A stretch of DNA of 38,539 nucleotides from Pseudomonadota bacterium. Its GTDB lineage: Bacteria; Bdellovibrionota_F; JAHFAK01; JBDREC01. The notes beneath the pieces were generated by a model. That model had not been told where the DNA came from, ran no database searches, and saw only the letters and a list, made by a program, of their open reading frames with translations. Below are positions 36,949 to 38,539 of this stretch, one piece after another. The stretch's first letter is position 1. Each line of letters begins with the position of its first letter. Both the position numbers and the translations under genes were made by a program. The stretch lies in the NCBI GenBank assembly GCA_043820105.1, contig JBDREC010000033.1:1-38539 (forward strand), read 5' to 3'.

Positions 36949-38199
36949 TTATTTCAGTTTGATAAGACCAGATTCTTTTGCGATTTTTTTATGATAGCTT
37001 TTTATAAGTTCAATTTCTTTTGTTGAGATATCTAAAGCTTTCGATAGTTTTTCAAATTTATTTACAGCGTTTCTAACACTATTTATTATTTCTTTTTTAT
37101 CTTTTTCTGAAATTTGGAAAATCTTTGTTATATAATCAATTTCGTGAATTGAAGGATTTTTTCCTTCTCCGGCCACTGTCATTGAATGTTCACCTCCTAT
37201 TCCTAAGGAAAACATCAAATCAAAAGATGGAGAAAAAGACCATGCGCCATCTTTGCTCATTAAAAAACCAAAGTTTTTTACATGGTCATCTCTATTGCAG
37301 GACAGAATATTAAATATCATAATTTTAAAGCATAATTTTACAGCTTCAAAATTATGGGTTAATTTAGAGCAAACTTTAAATAGCATTTCATAATCTACTG
37401 AAGGAACTCTAAAATCAGCATGTATTAAGTTACCAAAAGAATGAAAATGAATTCTATCATTATTATTTCTATCAAATCTTTTACATCCGAAATAATAATG
37501 ATTTTTATTATCTTGAAACAGTTTTACTTCTGGCACTATCAAACCAGCTAATTCAGCCATTTTCATATATACAAACTCAATTTTGGATGCATCTTTGAAA
37601 TCTTTTTCAGATCTGAACTTTATTATCCATGGTTCAAATCCATCTGGCAATTCTGCTTCACCAGATATTAATTCTTTTCCATTATATCCTACAAGTATTT
37701 TGGGCCTTGCACCTCCTGGGGATCCTCCTGCTTTTAGCATAACAGGTAGAATATCTTTTTCTTTTCCCTTTAATATATCCATAGAGTTTATGGAAAGTTT
37801 ATAAAGATCAACAATCAAGTTACCTTCATATTTAACATCCATAACTGGTTCATATGTTAAAGCACCGATTGTTCTGTTACCTAAAAATGAAAGACGCTCA
37901 AGATGAGATATCTCTCTTAAATCAAAACCTGCTTTTTTAAAATAGCGATCCATCAACAATAAACCCCAGCCGTCAGGCAAAGAGTCATTAAATACACCGT
38001 GGATGTTTCCTAAAAAGGCTTTGTCACATGATTGTAATCCAGTTCGAAAATCTAATTTAAATGGAGATATATTTATATTTCTTGTTATAAAATCCCCATC
38101 ATATTCAAAATAAATTCTGTTTTTATTATCCTTTGCTAATTGGCCGATTAATATTCGATTTTCGGAAGTGCAAGCTAAAAAGACATTCAACATTTTCAT
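36949..38199 (-). CDS. hipA: HipA-family toxin kinase
   Basis: N-terminal couple domain (DSLPDGWG), GSPGGARPK, WIIKF, KRFDR, NRDDHVKNF, SPSFDL. Confidence 0.93.
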   Translation of the reverse strand: MKMLNVFLACTSENRILIGQLAKDNKNRIYFEYDGDFITRNINISPFKLDFRTGLQSCDKAFLGNIHGVFNDSLPDGWGLLLMDRYFKKAGFDLREISHLERLSFLGNRTIGALTYEPVMDVKYEGNLIVDLYKLSINSMDILKGKEKDILPVMLKAGGSPGGARPKILVGYNGKELISGEAELPDGFEPWIIKFRSEKDFKDASKIEFVYMKMAELAGLIVPEVKLFQDNKNHYYFGCKRFDRNNNDRIHFHSFGNLIHADFRVPSVDYEMLFKVCSKLTHNFEAVKLCFKIMIFNILSCNRDDHVKNFGFLMSKDGAWSFSPSFDLMFSLGIGGEHSMTVAGEGKNPSIHEIDYITKIFQISEKDKKEIINSVRNAVNKFEKLSKALDISTKEIELIKSYHKKIAKESGLIKLK

Positions 38200-38504
38200 T
38201 TGCGGCCTCGTTTTTTAACAATTGCCTTATCAAGCTTTTCAATGTCTTCAATAGATTTTACTTCTATTTCAGGAAATAAATTTAAAAAATTCTCCAGGCA
38301 GTTTAATGCACAGGCAATTTTCAGGAGTGATTCAAATGAGATTTTATAGGAAGTTTCAAACCGCTTTATCGTTGCTTCAGAAACACCTGATTTATTGGAC
38401 AAAGTTGTGCGTTTCAAATTGTGTTGCAGGCGCAAATATTTTGCTTTTTTGGCAACCTTTTCCATCACTTCGAAGGGAGTATATAAATCCATATTATAGC
38501 TCAT
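38196..38504 (-). CDS. XRE-family HTH antitoxin (HipB-like)
   Basis: LR....L....LS.KSGVS..TIKRFE HTH; 4-nt ATGA overlap with hipA. Confidence 0.88.
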   Translation of the reverse strand: MSYNMDLYTPFEVMEKVAKKAKYLRLQHNLKRTTLSNKSGVSEATIKRFETSYKISFESLLKIACALNCLENFLNLFPEIEVKSIEDIEKLDKAIVKKRGRK

Positions 38505-38539
38505 ATGTTATCTTTTATATTATATTAATATTTATTATA

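Noticed and set aside
38505-38539. TTATATTATAT shared by both window ends, suggesting circularity or terminal repeats
   Set aside because: Short AT-only low-complexity match; gene content is chromosomal.

Overview
AT-rich bacterial chromosomal segment that includes the replication origin: DnaA boxes, DnaA-trios and an AT-rich unwinding element lie just downstream of dnaA. Gene content (MYXO-CTERM-like sorting tail, tadC plus an FHA-protein operon, Flp pilin, sigma-54 promoters, MaeB) suggests a Deltaproteobacteria-like, possibly predatory lineage; this is inference. From left to right: oriC/dnaA; a comEA locus with a pseudogenised tandem copy enclosing a small-protein/aspartyl-protease pair; an Flp pilin and a small secreted acidic protein; an 8-gene beta-oxidation-like operon that unusually contains an ACP, an acyl-ACP-synthetase-like ligase, an MBL hydrolase and two divergent thiolases; a candidate structured ncRNA; znuABC; glnA; an acidic FG-GAP lipoprotein; a Kil/Tad-like tadC + 3 FHA operon; tRNA(CAT); a lytic transglycosylase; maeB divergent from two tandem MDH paralogues, a LarA-family racemase and a DHS-like gene; and a hipBA-like TA pair. 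Best novel-system candidates are (1) an ACP-tethered beta-oxidation or acyl-tailoring pathway, (2) a putative sigma-54 regulon linking pilus, cell-wall lysis and DNA uptake, and (3) a dense set of 6-8-mer tandem-repeat palindromic intergenic elements. All product calls come from motif recognition, with no database searches.
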